Below are positions 54,956 to 56,849 of a stretch of 56,849 nucleotides of DNA, one piece after another. How positions within the stretch are numbered: the first letter of the stretch is position 1; each line of letters begins with the position of its first letter. The notes beneath the pieces were generated by a model. It had not been told where the DNA came from. It did no database searches and saw nothing but the letters and a program-made list of their open reading frames with translations. The stretch is from an uncultured Pelolinea sp. (GTDB lineage: Bacteria > Chloroflexota > Anaerolineae > Anaerolineales > Anaerolineaceae): positions 1-56,849 of the forward strand of contig CAYLUJ010000001.1 in the NCBI GenBank assembly GCA_964386805.1. Reading direction: 5' to 3'. Position numbers and translations under genes: made by a program.

Positions 54956-56272
54956 TCATAAATGATCCGTTCTTCGCATGAGCGCTAAAACGTCAGCAAC
55001 GATCTTGTCTTCATCCAAATGGAGAAGTTCACGCTGCCACATGAGTGGTTTTCCATCCACAAAGACGGAAAGAACATCTGTCCCGGTGGCTGAGTAAATC
55101 AGATTTGACATTAAACGACGTTCATCAATCAAGTGCGGCACCGGGTATTGGATCACTATAAGGTCAGCTTTAAAACCGGGTTTTATTTCACCAACTTTTG
55201 TGCTAAAACCGATAGATTTTCGACCATTAACTGTCATCATTTCATACACTTTTTCAGCAGGAAACATATCAGCTTCCATGATACTTACCTTTCCAAGTAA
55301 TGAAACCAAGCGTGCTTCTTGCAGCATATCATAGGTTCCGCTGCTGGCTTCTCCGTCGCACCCAATAGCAATATTCACACCCAGTTTATACAGGTCAGGC
55401 ATGGGGGGCATGCCATCAATGATTTTGGTATTCGTAGAGGGACAGGTAACAACGCTGCAATCATAGTCAGCAATTAACTGTTTATCATGCTCTGTCAGCC
55501 AAATATCATGCACAAGTTGGCAGTCAGGGCCAAGCACGCCAAACCGCTCCAATGCTTCCACTTCACTGCAGTTGAAGCGCTCATACGCATTTTGGGTTTC
55601 CATTTTTCCTTCACAACAGTGAGTATGAATACCCACACCCAGTTCATTCGCCAGATCACGAGATCCACGCATTAATTCCTCAGTACAAGCAGGCAGTCCA
55701 ACCGGGCTAACACGGACTGTAATACGCCCGCCAGAGGAGCCATGCCATTTCTCATACATGTTGCGCATCAGGTCCAGGATTTGATCCGTTGTCATATCAG
55801 GGGAAGGATTTTCACCTTCTTGAAAATCTCCAATTGCTGCACAAACATCCGCTCTCAGCCCGCTATCAGCAATCGCTTGAATACATGCATCCAAATGAGG
55901 TTTAGCAGTTACCATTTCAGCCACAGTTGTTGTACCCGATTTTAATGCTTCAATGCATCCAAGGAGGGTAGCTTTATATGTTTCTTCTTCGGTGAGGTTA
56001 AATTTAGTATTCATTGTGACCAACCACTGGGTCAGGGATAAATTATCGTATATTCCTCGCCCAAAAGACTGAGCCAGATGGGTATGGCAATCGAGGAAAC
56101 CGGGAACGACCAGATTCCCCTTAAGGTCATAGACAATTACATCGGGGAGCAATTCTTCCACCTGATTTTCACTGACATTGATGATCTCATCATCTTCTAT
56201 CAGAATATTAGTCGGTCTAACTTCATACATGGGGGAACAAAAACTGATACCGTTTTCCAATAATGTTTTCAT
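54956..56272 (-). CDS. Amidohydrolase-superfamily deaminase-like enzyme (MTA/SAH- or guanine/cytosine-deaminase-like)
   Basis: PGFLDCHTHLAQ ... HTHCCE ... metal-ligand His/Asp pattern typical of the ATZ/TRZ-SsnA-like subgroup. 438 aa. Confidence 0.8.
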   Translation of the reverse strand: MKTLLENGISFCSPMYEVRPTNILIEDDEIINVSENQVEELLPDVIVYDLKGNLVVPGFLDCHTHLAQSFGRGIYDNLSLTQWLVTMNTKFNLTEEETYKATLLGCIEALKSGTTTVAEMVTAKPHLDACIQAIADSGLRADVCAAIGDFQEGENPSPDMTTDQILDLMRNMYEKWHGSSGGRITVRVSPVGLPACTEELMRGSRDLANELGVGIHTHCCEGKMETQNAYERFNCSEVEALERFGVLGPDCQLVHDIWLTEHDKQLIADYDCSVVTCPSTNTKIIDGMPPMPDLYKLGVNIAIGCDGEASSGTYDMLQEARLVSLLGKVSIMEADMFPAEKVYEMMTVNGRKSIGFSTKVGEIKPGFKADLIVIQYPVPHLIDERRLMSNLIYSATGTDVLSVFVDGKPLMWQRELLHLDEDKIVADVLALMRRTDHL

Positions 56273-56588
56273 AGCGATCTTATCCTATTTTTAAAATACT
56301 TTTAATGAGTTATGGAAACGCATTTCAACCAAAGGGGGCTGAAAAAATTATCTCCAGACAGCGTGCCAGCGATAGATTGCATGGGGGAGTTCTACAAAAC
56401 TAAAAAAGTGTGATGGACAAAAATCTCTAGCGGCTATTGCAAAACAGGTAGCCATTGCAATAAAACCATTCCTCTCTCAATAATTTTGAGGTGCTCTTAT
56501 TATCGTTGATTCAAGACGGCACCTGACGAAAATATGGCCTATCCCGCTCATCAACGTTTACTATGATAATATGAAACAAACTTCATAT

Positions 56589-56608
56589 CAAGTGGTCTTA
56601 ACCACTTG
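56589..56608. promoter_or_regulatory. Perfect 20-bp palindrome resembling a HutC/NagR-type GntR operator
   Basis: CAAGTGGTcttaACCACTTG. The core AGTGGTCT..ACCACT is close to the dre/NagR-type TGGTCTAGACCA consensus. It lies 89 nt upstream of the sigma-factor ATG. Confidence 0.4.
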
Positions 56609-56696
56609 TGCATGTAGAACGATGAAAATTCAGTTTTGTGTCCCTTTTTTTCTGTTTTTCCGATTATAGATTAACAAACAATAGAAAAGGAGGACC

Positions 56697-56849
56697 ATGG
56701 CAAAATCTCAGATTTTTTCATTGGTGTCCAATGAACAATGTATGGCTGATGACCACGATCTGACCAAAAAGGCAAAACAGGATCCGCATGCTTTTGAAGA
56801 GCTGTACCGCCGGCATGTTCAATCAATCTATAAATATTTCTACAACCGT
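56697..56849 (+). CDS. ECF-type sigma-70 family RNA polymerase sigma factor (5' partial, runs off the window)
   Basis: SD AAAGGAGGA, then ATG. ...DPHAFEELYRRHVQSIYKYFYNR is the typical region-2 opening of ECF sigma factors. Confidence 0.8.
   Translation, partial: MAKSQIFSLVSNEQCMADDHDLTKKAKQDPHAFEELYRRHVQSIYKYFYNR

Noticed and set aside
1-56849. CRISPR arrays, prophage or defence-island signatures, rRNA.
   Set aside because: I found no regularly spaced direct repeats, no cas, phage or recombinase genes, and no rRNA-like conserved segments on reading both strands.

Overview
Dense 56.8-kb chromosomal window with genes on both strands. I saw no rRNA, tRNA, CRISPR array, transposase or integrase. 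All calls rest on motif and family recognition by eye in the supplied ORF translations plus manual reading of intergenic DNA; no homology search was run. The taxon cannot be determined (protein styles resemble Chloroflexota/Anaerolineae-like or Firmicutes-like monoderms).

Gene content in order:
- Lac/Cel-type PTS operon (EIIB-EIIA-EIIC) with a divergent DeoR regulator and an Rpe-family epimerase.
- Miscellaneous enzymes: unknown 538-aa protein coupled to a nitroreductase, methyltransferase, isochorismatase-like hydrolase, AlkD-like protein, GyrI-like protein, PAP2 phosphatase, EamA transporter.
- Frameshifted DUF3796-like gene plus XRE regulator.
- DegV, a clear heliorhodopsin homolog, and TypA/BipA.
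- Pentapeptide-repeat protein.
- Tagatose/amino-sugar cluster: GatZ/KbaZ-like protein, LacD-like aldolase, DeoR, AgaS-like SIS protein, Asc-type PTS EIIA/EIIB/EIIC, NagA, second SIS protein.
- MobB-like protein with two small ORFs.
- proBA.
- Five-gene exopolysaccharide operon (30816-39792, minus strand).
- VIT1/CCC1-type transporter, CPBP protease, Cof-type HAD, HtrA protease with an apparent N-terminal frameshift.
- P-type ATPase coupled to two TrkA/RCK proteins.
- Mut7-C nuclease and an HprK/PEPCK-like P-loop protein.
- Amino-acid ABC transporter with a long terminator-containing leader.
- Amidohydrolase and the start of an ECF-type sigma factor.

Main candidate for a new system: the EPS operon. 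It has a 1320-aa GT2 synthase carrying about six GspE-N/MshEN-type domains (two with complete bipartite c-di-GMP-binding motifs), a GT-C-like membrane protein, a BcsB-like protein and a PelD-like degenerate-GGDEF protein. The operon is bracketed by two paralogous ~125-nt terminator-capped RNA-like elements.
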